A DNA stretch of 64,000 nucleotides from Octopus sinensis (lineage: Eukaryota), in the NCBI RefSeq assembly GCF_006345805.1, contig NC_043007.1, positions 61,008,001 to 61,072,000 of the forward strand, read 5' to 3'. Positions 14,151 to 28,000 of this stretch are shown here, in pieces. The notes below the pieces were generated by a model. That model was not told the DNA's origin. It saw only the letters and a program-made list of their open reading frames with translations, and searched no databases. The translations under genes and the position numbers were made by a program. The stretch's first letter is position 1. The number at the start of each line of letters is the position of its first letter.

Positions 14151-17100
14151 ACACTTCTACCTTAGCGATGGCGGAGGTATTGTTTTCAGTTGTGTTTGTT
14201 TGTTTGTCTGTGGACAAGATATCTCAAGAACCGTTTGATGGATTTGGATAAAACTTTCAGGGATGTTTGGCCTCATGACTGGCACAAACTGCTTAGATTG
14301 ATCTGGTACCGGACAAGGATTCTGGATTATTTGTTATATTTACTTTACATGAAGTATTTCGATCTTACATTCACTTTCAAGTCTTTCTCTGATTATCTCC
14401 GTTGAAAGCATGCTCATAGTTTCCACATAAGTTATGACGGTGTTGCTGTTTCCAAAGTTTTATTTTCATTTCTCTATTATTAATTTTACTCATGTCTCTA
14501 ATTAGTAGAAACTGATGGATAAAGAAATCAAACTACATAAAACAAATAGCAGCTAAACTGTTCAGAAATTAAATAATATTAACATATTCAATAACAATAA
14601 TAAATTTAATTTATCCTTGACAATTTTTAGTTTTACCAATTTTGAAAGTATTGCTCCTGTTTAAAACCTCTTACCTACTTAACAATTGCATTTCTAGCTC
14701 TGCCTTGAAGGAAGCTTTACTTCTTGGATTCGCATTTTTGTGTGCAACGATGCTGTTAAACCTCCGTTAACAGCACCATATGCAGGTCTTTTCCTTTTTC
14801 TTTCACACACAGATAAATTTTTCACTATAGACCTTAATGGTCATAAAGTCGCTTTATCAGTGGATAGACTAAAAAAGGCCTTCATAGGAAAAATTGTCCC
14901 TCTTCCCACTGCAGATGACACACACACACAGCATTATAAACATGGTACCATTGGGATCACTCAGGTATTGGACAAGGATTCTGGATTATTTTTCCAATTA
15001 TTTTACTTAATTTTTGAGAGCAGTTGGGTTCATTTTTAGTATTCTTGTTTGTGAGAGCAGTCGAGTTTATTTCAGATGTTCTCATTTTAAAAATCATCTC
15101 CAGCTAATCATTGAGAGGATGTTAATGTTGCCTTCGCAGACGTTTACGTTCTTTGAGTGCTCTTGTTTATTTATTTATAGGAAAAATGCAAGCGTGAGCT
15201 TTTATCCTATGAAGTTATTGTGGAAGATTTAGGTGGTGAAGTTCCTGTTGTACCAATTTCAGCTCTGAAGGTATTAAGGTTTTATATTTATCACTGTTAT
15301 TTTCATGCTCTTAAATTACACACACATACACAAACATTCATAAAGCCTTACATGCCAGTGACACTCCTTTTTCCTATCTGCCCCTTGTCTTTTCTTCTGT
15401 CTGTTCCTCTTTCTCTTTGTTATTTCAATGTATTTTTGCATTATTTTGTTATGTTTAATTAAGATTATATTCTGAAATATTTAATGCCAATTCCATTTTT
15501 ACCCCTGGCACTATTATAATCCTATCTTTACATTTTACTTCATATTCCTTTTTTAGGGAACCAATTTAATTGATCTCTGTGAAAACATTGTTGCATTGGC
15601 AGAAATATTGGAGCTAAAAGGTGATCCAACAGGATTTGTGGAAGGTCATGTTGTTGAATCATATACTGATCTTCATAGAGGGTTTGAATCAAATATTTCT
15701 TTGCTTTTCCTTCTTTTTTCTTAAACTCTGATTTACACTGAAATTACAATTTATTTTTATTACATGCAAGATTATTTTTTGAAACAGAATTAATATAATT
15801 GATTTAAATGATCCTATCATTTAAGACAGTTTAGTGACGAAGACATGCAGAATACTGCATAATCCGCATGCAATTTAGATACTTGGAATTTTTGTTGTAA
15901 ATATCCAGTGGTAAATATTAGTGGTAAATATGTAGGATTGCACAACTGCTCTAGAATGTTCATTAAAAGTTAGCTTTTACTTCAGTTGTAGGACACCATA
16001 CTACATTGGGTGACTCCCTCTTCCTTATCTATTATAACTTGACAAATAATATCAAGTTGTGACATATTACATCACAGTAGTACAGAGTTGTATAATAATC
16101 ATGTATACCAGAGACCTGAACTAGTTATATGTTAAAACCAGGTTATAGTTGACTCTCAGAGTTACTATGATCAAAAATCTAATAACATAGTTATTGAGTG
16201 AACTGTTATACAAAGAATTTACTGGAATAAAACAATATTTCAACTTATGACAGAGTTAATAATTTATTACAGTATGTAATGTTTGTAAGTGAGAACAATT
16301 TACAATATGTTTGAGTGTCTTGTATATATTTTATCTATCAACAACATGATAATGGAAGGTAAAAATTGACTCTGGTCAAATTTGAATATGGAAACTATAG
16401 AAATTTGAATATATAAACTGTAGAGTATGTAATATATTGCAATATATCATGTGATAATGAAATTCAATACCTGAATGACAAGCTGAGCTTCACTACCATT
16501 GCAATTTTCACAACATTGTAAGAAAAATCAATCTCACATAACTAGTATGATTATGACTAGAAATTATCAGGCTTCACCACACCTGACTTTACTTTTTAAT
16601 GTTGTTCAATGTTGTTTTATTATTAAATGTTTTTTCCTCTGTTCCTGATAGTTATTTGAGTTAATAAAAACAGAAACATCCAACAACTTACATGTAATGA
16701 TGGGCATGACTGGAAAACTAAAACAATAAGGTTCCACAGAGTCCAAAATGCACATCTAATATAGATAATTGCTCAGTGTTTCATTAGCTGTTTCTGTGAC
16801 ATAGTTTGGACTCTTCAACATTGGTATCATCATCCCCCTAGTTTGTTCTGAACTAAAATCTTATTGTTCAGGGATCAATTGTACACAAAGTAGAACCACT
16901 TGAAGAATAATTGTTAGATATTGATCATCATAGCAAAAGCCACTACAATAATAACCCTGTCTTTAATGCTAATATTAACTCTCACCTACATAGAGCTAGA
17001 GGATATGATAAACATTTGGAGCCATTGTTGAAGCCAAATGTATATGATCAGCAGACCAACCATCTGAAGAATATGACAAAAAAAAAAGAAGAAAACCTGA

Positions 17101-18222
17101 CTAAAAATTTAGACTATATGAAATAAATTGAGTGTACTGGATCGTTCCTAGTATGTGATTGTCTACATCTGTGCTATGTATCTGTAGGTCTAACCAAGAT
17201 TACTTTACTACTTTACCTTTCATACCTAACTTTCCTTGCAAGCATGACTTAGTACAGTGAGTAATTCTATATTAGTAATGTAAAGTTCACAGCTTGATGT
17301 ACTTGAACCACTAGTGATTTCAACATTTGAAATAACCAGTACAAGATTTAATATCAGACCATCTCTTAACAACCAAATATTCAATTGTATCAAAATATAT
17401 TTTGAAAAATTCTTTTTCTCATGATTTAATAACTTACTGATTTATAGTTTATTCTCTTTAGAAAACTTGCTACAGTAATTGTGGAAAGAGGGACATTGAA
17501 GAAAGGTGCATATCTGATAGCTGGGCCAGCTTGGGCAAAGGTAACTTTGTTTTTCATATTTTTATTCTTTTGTCAGTCTTTTGTTTTGTTTTGAAGTTAA
17601 AGTTCTCATCATGGCATGATTTTGTACCCCTGCAAAGAACATATATCTATGTGCTACTTTAATGCAACTGAGTGGGTGTTAAACTAACGTGTAATATTGG
17701 TAAAGACACCCTCACAAATTATGCAAACATAAGAATTTATAAAGTTATCTAATACATGTCATCATACAAGAAATAAAATGTAAAATTTATTAAAAATACT
17801 TCAAATTCTTTTTTTTTATGTCATCTTAAACAGTGTGCAATTTTGCTTGATCTTTCCAACTATTGTCAGCATTATTAGTATTTCATTAAGATAGGATATG
17901 AGAAGAGAAAGAAAGTATATCTTTGTTAAATTATTAGTATGAACTCAGTACATGCAATCTGCTAATACAGTAGTAAATCTTCCCTAAAAAACTCATTCCT
18001 AAGTAATAGGATCTTTTGTACCAAGTTTTATGGCTGTGGATGACACAAGTATAACTGTGTGTAGTGCAGGCATAGCTGTGTGATTAAGAAATTTGCTTCC
18101 CAACCAATGCAGGGCAGTTGTCTTCTACCATAGCTCTGGGTTAACTAAAGTTTTGTGAGTGGATATGGCAAATGCAAACTGAAAGAAATCCATCATGTGT
18201 GTGCATGTACATATACATACAT

Positions 18223-18259
<37 letters not shown>

Positions 18260-21200
18260 TATATATTTGTGTGCGCTTATGTGAATGAGTCCATATTTCC
18301 ATTTGTCTTGTCTTCATGTGTGTTCATTTGTTGGTTGTAACCAGTGGTTTCACTGATGGTATTGTTTGCTTGCAGCCCACTGCAAAAACATGTCCAGACT
18401 GTTTGTTGTTTGCTAGAATGGGAGATTATTACATTGCTTGGAAACAGATGGAAGCTGACTTCAGAAAGAGAATTTTGCTGTATAAAACCTTCTTTAATGT
18501 ACTCTTGCCTGACTCATGCAAGTATGGAAAAGAGACATTAGAATCTATATTTCTTATCCTTGTATACAAGCAGTAGTCAGAGTGTATAGATTTTGTTTTG
18601 TTGTTCAGACTAACTTATAATTTCTTAGTCATCATTAAAAGTGAAAATCAAAATACATACCCCTATATAAAAATGATTTGTCTACTCACCTAACAACAAA
18701 GTGGTCTGTATGCTTTTTAGGTGCGTGCAATGTTTGATGAGAGGGGTCAACTTGTGCAAGCTGCTGGTCCAAGTACACCCGTAGAAGTGATTGGCTGGAG
18801 AGAACTTCCAAATGCTGGAGAGGAAATATTTCAAGTTTCTACTGAAGTACTATTACATGGTTCTCTTTTTCCCCATTTCTTTTGATGAATACATTAGTAT
18901 GATTATTGGAAGTATGAACAGAAAAAGAACATAACAAGGAAGTAAAAAGTGAAAATTTACAAAGAGACATCTTTCAGTTTTCCTGAGATTTACATTTTTC
19001 TTGTTATTATTATCTCTTCGTTTAATCATAGTTTAGACATTGTAGTTTTGATTAAACATTTTGTAAATTGTTATATCTTTTCAATTAATTTAATTCAAGT
19101 GTTCATATAATTTTTCAAGATGTCTTTAATTTTTTTTAAAGGTATTGTATGGTAATTAATTTTAAGGGCATGGTGTTAGGAAGGGCATCCAGCTATAGAA
19201 ACCATGCCAAAACAGACACAGAGGCTGGGCGGTTCTTCGGCTGGCCAGCTCCTGTCAAACTGTCTAACCCATGCTAGTATGGAAAATGGATGTTAAATGA
19301 TGATGGATATTCTAAATATATTCTTTTTAAAATCCTGAAATTTTAGAATTTTGATATTTTAGGAACAAGTATTGCATTTTTAATTAAGGAAAGCAAAAAT
19401 ACTGATAAAATATTTTAATAGAGGTTATTTTGGTGTTCTTAGAGTCTATTTTTTCATTATTTTCTTTATTTTATGTCATTAAGCAAAACATTCCATTGAC
19501 TATCTTGTCTAATTTTTTTTTTTTTTGTTATCTATATTGTAGCAGAGATTAAAAGAAATAATTAATTGGAGAAAACAGCAGCAGATGGAACAAAAGAAAG
19601 AGAAAGATCAAGTTTTTATTGACCAAAAACGCTTTGAACATCAAATTGTGTATGAAGCTGAGCTAGAGAAACGACGAGAAGCTGGGCGCAAGAGAAAAAT
19701 ATGGACAATGAAAACAAAAGAGACAGTTACTTCATATGAAGGACCACAGCTATCAATTGTATTAAAAGGTTATATCGTGATTCTACTTTATCTGAGGTCA
19801 AACTATATTGAATCTTTAATTTGTTATTAACATTAGTGGAAGCTACTACTGAATATCTAAATTTTAAAAATAATCCAACCCATACTAACATTTACATTTA
19901 TCATTAGAAAAGATTATACACACACACATACACAATTGCACATATGTAAAACAAAACAAATTTTATTTAAAATAGTTAAATTAAGTCTCATAGGTGAAAC
20001 TGCGATATTTAGAAAGATGCCATGTTGCAAACTCATCTAACTTGTTTCAGTTGGCATCAAACCTTATTTACTTCTTCAAATTTTTTTAAAATATGCCTCA
20101 TATTAAATAAGTCAACTAAGATATGTTTAAAAATGAAGGTTGTTCATGTTGGTTACACTTCTTTTAATATGTAATACTGAATCACATTCAATGTATGTGT
20201 GTGCATGTGCATACATCCTCAAACTCATGCATATATAAATATATATTAATACATACACACACACTAATATAGATATATAAGAGTTAGACAAAATAATGGA
20301 AAAACCTAGCATCATAATTTTGAAATATCTATAAAACAGTCAAACACTTGTTTATTTTTATGTTTTTTGATTTATTATTAGTGTTGCTTAATAAGTTTTG
20401 CTAAAATTGCTGTTTCTTTTCTGATATCATCAGAAATAGGTAATTAAAATTCATTAAAATGACAGATCTATTGAACTTTCAAAGAGGTCAAATTGTTAGT
20501 GCTCATATGGCAGGTGCTAGCATAATGAAAACAGCTGAAATGTTTGGAAGAAGTACTGTCTTGAAAGTAATGACAGCCTTTGAAAAAGAGGGAAAAACCT
20601 CCTCATCAAAACAAAACTCTGGAAGAAAACCAAAGCTTTCAAATAGAGATCATTGGACACTTACACGAATTGTTAGAAAGGATCACAAAAGTATGGCTCC
20701 CAAAATTACTGCAGAGCTTGATGACCACCCGAGAATCTAGTTTCCACAAAAACTGTTTGCTGGGAGCTGTACAAAGCCAGATTTCACTGGAGGGCTGCAA
20801 TCAGAAAACCACTACTTTCAAAATCAAACATTGCAAAGTGTTTAGAGTGGAGTAAAAACCTGCAGAATTGTTCCCTAGAGCAGTGGAAGAACGTTTTCTT
20901 GGATGATTCATCCTTTACCGTATTTCTGACCACCGGCCAAGTATACATGTGGAGACAGCCAAAAGAAGCATTTGACCCAGACTACCTTCTTCCGACTGTA
21001 AACATGGAGGAGGATCTGTGATGATCTGGGGGGGCTATATCTTGGAAATCTGCTAGCCCAATGGTCTCACTTCATGGCAGAATTAATAGTCAAGACTATT
21101 TAAGCATTTTATCTGATCAAATTCATCCTATGTTTTTGGAGGAAAACGCAATCTTTCAGAATGAAAATGAACCAATTCACACAGCTAAAGTTGTGTGAAG

Positions 21201-24200
21201 TTGAACATCTTATCTGGCTACCACAGTCCCCAGATCTCAATTAGTGAACATTTGTGGTGCATTTTAGAAAAAGAAGTAAGGAGTCGATATCCTCCACCAT
21301 CATCACTACAAGAACTGGTGACTTTTAGCTGAGGAATGGACAAAAGTTCCTTTGGAAACAATTCAAACTTTGTGCAATTCCATACCTTATAGAATTCAAG
21401 CTGTAATTACTGCCAAAGGCAGTCCTACCCCATATCAAAATAAATTTATTTGAAATTTGAAGATGTTTCCATTATTTTGTCCAACCCCTGTACATACACA
21501 CACACACACTTTTATTTAATATTTTAATCATACTTTATATTAATTATTTTTTCACACTGTATAAAAATAGTTTGCTGAAAATTATAACAATCCTTCCAAC
21601 ACTTAAGTGCATGCACGCACGCACACACACACACACACACACACCTACCTCTCTTTTTTTTGTGATGTTAAGGCTGTGGTATACTGGCCGAAACTGAGCT
21701 AGTTCATAGCCTGTCATTGAGCACTATATATATATGAAATGTCTTGGATGTTGACAACAAGTTCCTGTCAGTATTTATTACCCTCAAAGACCTTGAAAAA
21801 TGGCATTTTTAAAAATGTGTCTTTCAGGGAAAACTGAGACAATATGAATTTATCTTATGTGCTCTGTATGATTTGCTTGGTGTCATAACACATAACACAT
21901 CTATAGCAAAGCTTGAACCCATTATCACATCTTTCCTGTCAAACATTTATTTGTTAAAAGTCAGAGATAGCATTGTAATATTTTAAATTTCTAAATCATC
22001 AATAAATAAAATTAAGTCTGTTACATATATTCCATGTTTTACTCTTGTTTAAAAAAAAAATTCAGTCAATCCACACCATGTCTAACACACTCAACAAAAA
22101 GGTCAGGAAAATGTGTTAATGATTTTAGAAGGAAATTATAAACTGTTCCATTGATATCATTGCACTCAGGGTTTGAACAAATTCTTATCTTGTCATTAGT
22201 GATACATTTTATTTTCTTCTAGAATATATAATTATTCATTTTAAGTATTTATTCACAGGAGATGTTGACGGTTCCTTAGAAGCCATCATGGATACATTAG
22301 ATACATACAAATCACAGGAGTGCCGGCTTGATTTCCTCCACTATGGTATTGGTAGTGTAACTGAAAATGATGTTGAAATGGCTGCTGCATTTGAAGGTTA
22401 GCAATCACTATATTTCAAGTTTTACTCTACACTATCTCTACATTCATGGCCATCATCATGGCCTTTGTTCTCCTGTATTTTGTAATTTGTTGGCTTAGAA
22501 ACAGTTTGTTTGTGCAAGTATAGTCAGTTGAAAACTCTGCATATTAGATTCCAGTAGGTTTTAGGGGTCATTAGGAGAGAATGCACTTGGTTTTGGGCAT
22601 CGCTACCCCCAACTCACTAATGTGAGGTCTTGCATGCTGGATTGATTGACTAGTATCTGATCTTAAGTCCATTTCGGGATCATCACCACCATTCAAATTG
22701 TGGAGTCTTTCAGCTCTGACTTAGCATATAGACAAACAGGTACAGTAGATTACTTTTATATCAAACTTATCCATTTATCTTGACCATCATCAAAAAAAGT
22801 TTTGTCTATTTCTTTATAGTTGTATGGTGCAAACAAAGAATCTATACATTACTTTCTTAGTAATTTCTAAAGTCATCCAATTTGTGCAAGGATAGAATTT
22901 ATTTGTTGTTAATGCGTGGGAGTGAAAGTTTCTTTATTTTCTTTTAGTTTTTTTCTTATTCTAGGCAAAATACTGTCACATTCTTCACTCAAATATTGAC
23001 TTGTTCAGCTTGGTATAAGACTATCTTTTATCTTTTATTTGTTTCAGTCATTAGACTGTGGCCATGCTGGGGCATCGTCTTGAAGAATTTTTTGTTGAGT
23101 GTATTGATCTCAGTACTTGTTATTTTTTTATTTTCTTTCTTATAAGCCTGGTATTGATTCTATTGGTCTTTTTTGCTGAACTTCTAAGTTACGGGAACAT
23201 AAACATGTCAGCACTGGTTGTCAAGCAGCAGTGGGGGGGACAGACACAAAGACACACACACATACATACAACAGACTTTCAGTTTCCATCTACCAAAACC
23301 ACTCACAAGGCTTTGGTCAGCCCAAGGCTATAGTAGAAAACACTTTCCCAAGGTGCCAGGGATACATACCTATTTACACACACACACACATGTGAGGGTT
23401 GACTTGAAAGCTCATAAGCTGACCAAAATACTCTCATGGAATGTGACCAAATGAGGTTTATTTTTCAACATAGTCTCCCTTGCGGTCCACACACTTCTTC
23501 CATCAGTGTTGCAGTGCTTGGATCCCATTGGTGAAGAAGCTTTCATCCTGTTGGGCAAAAATGTCATTAGCAGCTGATATGATGTCACCATCACTGCAAT
23601 AATGGTTCCCTGTCAAGTGTTTTTTCATGCTGTGGAACAGATGATAATCGGATAGGACCAAATCAGGAGAATATGGGGGGTAATCAACCAGTTCAAAGCC
23701 GCAATTATGCACAACTGCATAACAGCCATTGAAACCAAGAACTTGTGTACTGCAGCATTGTCCTGATGAAACAAGACCCCTTTCATCTGATATTCAGAAA
23801 TATTTGGAAACTGAAAGAAATCTGTCTGTTTCATATCATCATCATCATCATCGTTTAACATCCGCTTTCCAAACTGGTATGGGTTGGACGGTTTGACTGA
23901 GGGCTGGTGAGCCAGAGGCTGCACCATGCTCAATCTGATCTGGCAAAATTTCTACAGCTGGATACCTTTCCTATCGCCAACCACTCTGAGAGTGTAGTGG
24001 GTGCTTTTATGTGCCACCGGCATGAGGGCCAGCCAAGTGGTTCTGGCAATGACCATGCTCAAAAGGTGTTTCCATATGCCTCTTGCATGGGAGCCAGCCT
24101 GGTGGCACCAGCAACGACCATGCTCAAATGTTGTTTTTCACATGCCACTGGCACGTGCTGGTAAGGTGATGCTGGCAATGACTAAGCTCGAATGGTGCTT

Positions 24201-25038
24201 TTCATGTGTCACCAGTACGGGAGCCAATCTGTGGCCCTGGCAACGATCACGCTTGGATGTGCTTTTAACATTCCAATGGCATGAGTGCCAATGAGGCGGT
24301 ACTGACATCAGCCATGTCAGCGATTTTGATTTTGATTTCACTTACCTCAATAGGTCAGGGTGGAAAAAAATGACCAGCTGAGCATACTAGCTTCATTTCT
24401 TACAAGCGTATACATGTCCTCAGCAGTCACAGCCCATGTTTCACTGCTGCAGCCTAGCTGTTTGCATGCAGGCATCATACAGTCTGCCTTTCACTCTGAG
24501 CAAAAGGTCCTTTGTTAGCAGCAGAGGTAAAGATGATCTTTATATTTTGTACATGTGGTTAGTTATTTTGTAGCTGTGGTTAGTGGCAACAGTATTATAC
24601 AGTTGGGTTACACAGTTGACAAATGCAAAGAAATAGTTGAAAGAAAGGTGGTAGAAGATTCGGTTTGAGTGATATAGTATAAGTTGAAACTGAAATAGTA
24701 ATGGGAGTCAGTGGGTTTGTAAATGATAGGGTGGGAAGGGTCAGTGGAAATGTTTTGACATATCTTCAGTTGTTTGTTTGTTTATTTTTTCTTCTAGGAA
24801 TTATTTATGGATTCAATGTAGATATCCCTGATTCTGTGGCAAAACTAGCTAAGGCCAAAAAGGTTCCAGTGAACTTGCACAAAGTTATTTATAAACTCTT
24901 CAATGATTTGAAAGACCGTCTCAGCGAGCAGCTTCCACTTTTGACCAAAGAAGAAATTGTTGGTAATACTCCATTAAAATCTTATTGAGAAACATAAATG
25001 TTTTAAAATACATTCTAATTACACACATACAAGGAATC

Positions 25039-25076
<38 letters not shown>

Positions 25077-28000
25077 CTACACACACACGTGTTTGGATGC
25101 ACATGCACACTCACATCTATATAAGGCACAGGCATGGTTGTGTGGTTAAGAAGTTCTCTGCCCAACGATAGTTTCAGGTTCAGTCACATTGTATGGCACC
25201 TTGGGCAAGTGTCTTCTACTATTGCCCCAGGCCAACCAAAACATTGTGAGTGAAACTGGTAAGTAGAAACTGAAAGAAGCCTGTTGTGTATGTGTGTGTG
25301 TGGTGGGTATTTGTATTTCTCTTGTCTTGACACGTTGCACAATCTGTAAACAAAAGTGTCAAGGATGTAATTTTATGAGGATAACTTTCCTGATGAAGGG
25401 GACATTGTCCGCATGGTTTGTAAGATATTTTATTAATTTTTCTACCAGGACATGAACTCTGGAAACAGCTGTATAAAGTGGACTTCCTTGAACTGTATTA
25501 TATACCTTATATACCATTTATATATTTTTAAAAAGACATCAAACTCTATGGACCTTTTAATTGAAACTCTTAACCACTCTTAATTTTAGTAAAAAAAAAA
25601 GAATTTATCAGTTCTCTTTTTCTCACACTTCTTTCCATACATATCCCACATGGGTTTTATTTACATGTATTTTTATGCATATTTATATATATATTTATAG
25701 TTTATAAATATTTTAAAAATTTTCATATGTGCCGATATGTATTAATATATGTATGCACATTTTAAGTCAAATTTATAACTGTATGATTATGATTGCCTAA
25801 TTTGAGTTTATATCGTAATTCTTATTTATATACGTGTGTGTGTATATATATATATATATATGCGTATCATTGCTGTGTAGTTAAGAAGTTTGCTTCCCAA
25901 CCATGTAGTTTCAGGTTTATTCCTACAGTGTAAAGCAACAAGTCTCCACCAGAAATCTTATTATACCAGCAGTTGTGAACTTGTGCATTTGATTTATGAA
26001 TGACTTGAGATGTGTTTGTTTAGGTCAGATTAGAGAATGTTGGGCTTCAGATGAGATAATTTAATATAAAATGATTTTGTATTACACCAAATAATCTATA
26101 ACAGCATGAATGGTAGAACAATTTTGAAGCTTATTTAATTTTTGATGATGTTTATTTAAGATTTCTGCATTTGTTTAATATTTCAGGTGAAGCTAATATT
26201 TTAGAAATTTTTCAAGTAACAGTGAACAAAAAGAAACACCCAGTTGCTGGTTGCCTTTGTACAAAAGGAAAATTAATGAAGAATTTGAACTTCAAAGTTC
26301 TACATAATGATGAAGTCATTTATGATGGTAGGCTGTAATTACGAATATTTCCATTTCATTTATAAATCTGAATAATCAGTTATGAGATATGTAACTTGCT
26401 ACTGTGCAGAAGATGGTCCTGAAGCCATAGTATAAAAGTCACTCCATGGCAAGTTGAGATCCACTATAAACAGCTATGCCATTGGCATTTCATTCAACAG
26501 AAAGAAATTGAATCTCTCTAACACCAGAAATAACTGACAATGATGCTTCATTCTAATCCTTGAAGCATTCATAAAGGAGGTCAATAATCTATAGTTTTCA
26601 GAACATTTGTATAAGAATGACTTGAGTTTCATTGCAGAATCTATCTGAGAACTGTTAACATTTGTACTTAGAAAATGTGTTTGTGACTAAAGACCTGAAA
26701 GTGAATGTAATCAAAACTTGTCCGGTGAGAATGTAAATGTCCTGTAATTATAATAAGAGTATGGCTTCACATAGTACAACATTAGAATAAGCAGAAACTC
26801 TGTATAATGAGTACAAAAAATCCATAGAAGAATCTTTGGTAGTTTGAATCAAATCTTTAACATGAACAGAAGCTGACTATCTGGTGATAAACTTCTGTAA
26901 TGGAAACCAACCAGATTTTATTCCAACAATGGACACTATATGCACAAAGGTGAAATATCAGTTTAATATCTAATTTGATTGTACACATTTTTAGTTGTCC
27001 ATTTCACCATTTATGCCATCCTAACAAGGGCTTTTGAGAGTCTATCCTGTGGACAACAGAGTGCATGACCACATCAACAGAGGCACCTTTTCAGTAATTG
27101 TTGAAGGAAACTGATCCAACACCAATGACAAACTTAGGAACTTCAGAAAAAGACTACAAAGACAAAGTATGTGGCAAAAGCAAAAGTGGTCTAATACTTT
27201 CTCTTTTGTAAGTCTACTGCTCTCATTGGCTGTGCAGTACAACAGAATGTAATGTAAACATGTGCTTGGTAGATGTAAATGTTTGTGATTGTACAGACTT
27301 TCAATATAGTCCAAAACTAGCCTTGAAGATAACACTATGGCTTCAGGACCATCCTCTGTGGCACATGTACAATGAGACTCCACAGTAGCAGGTGGTGAAA
27401 TTGTAACAATCAATTACTGTTGACTCAACTGTGGTTTTGATTTGATACCTTTTTAACCAGTCCATCTGGCATTACCCTCTTCTACCAGTTAATATTAATT
27501 AGATCAGCCATTGTTGTTGTCTAATCTACCTGCTCCACTGTTGGGTCTTGAAGGGTGTTGGTCATGCACAGTCTGGGTTTTTTCTTTGACCTTGTTGCCA
27601 TGGGTAGCCTTAACAGGAGTAGTAGACTACTGATGATATTGCTCACAAAATCATATAATGTAGAATAAACTCAGTCTATGTCAGGAATTAACTGCTAAGA
27701 TCTTAATGTAAATGATATTAGACATTAACAGCTATGATATGAGGCAGAAAGAAGTAACAGACTCTACTAATAGGACTTAAACTATGACTCTTTGCATGTC
27801 AGGTAACCAAATTACCATCTGCTTTGTCAGTCAGTTTCCTCAAATTAAGTTCTCACGTTTATAATAACTAATTAGGGAAAACAAAATGGAACGCATTCCG
27901 TAGTGTAATCAATAATGCAATTGCTTAGCAAGTGAATGGTACAGGGTTCAAGTTATTTCAGTAGGCCTACTCTTTTTAGTTGCACATTAGTGCTACTAAT

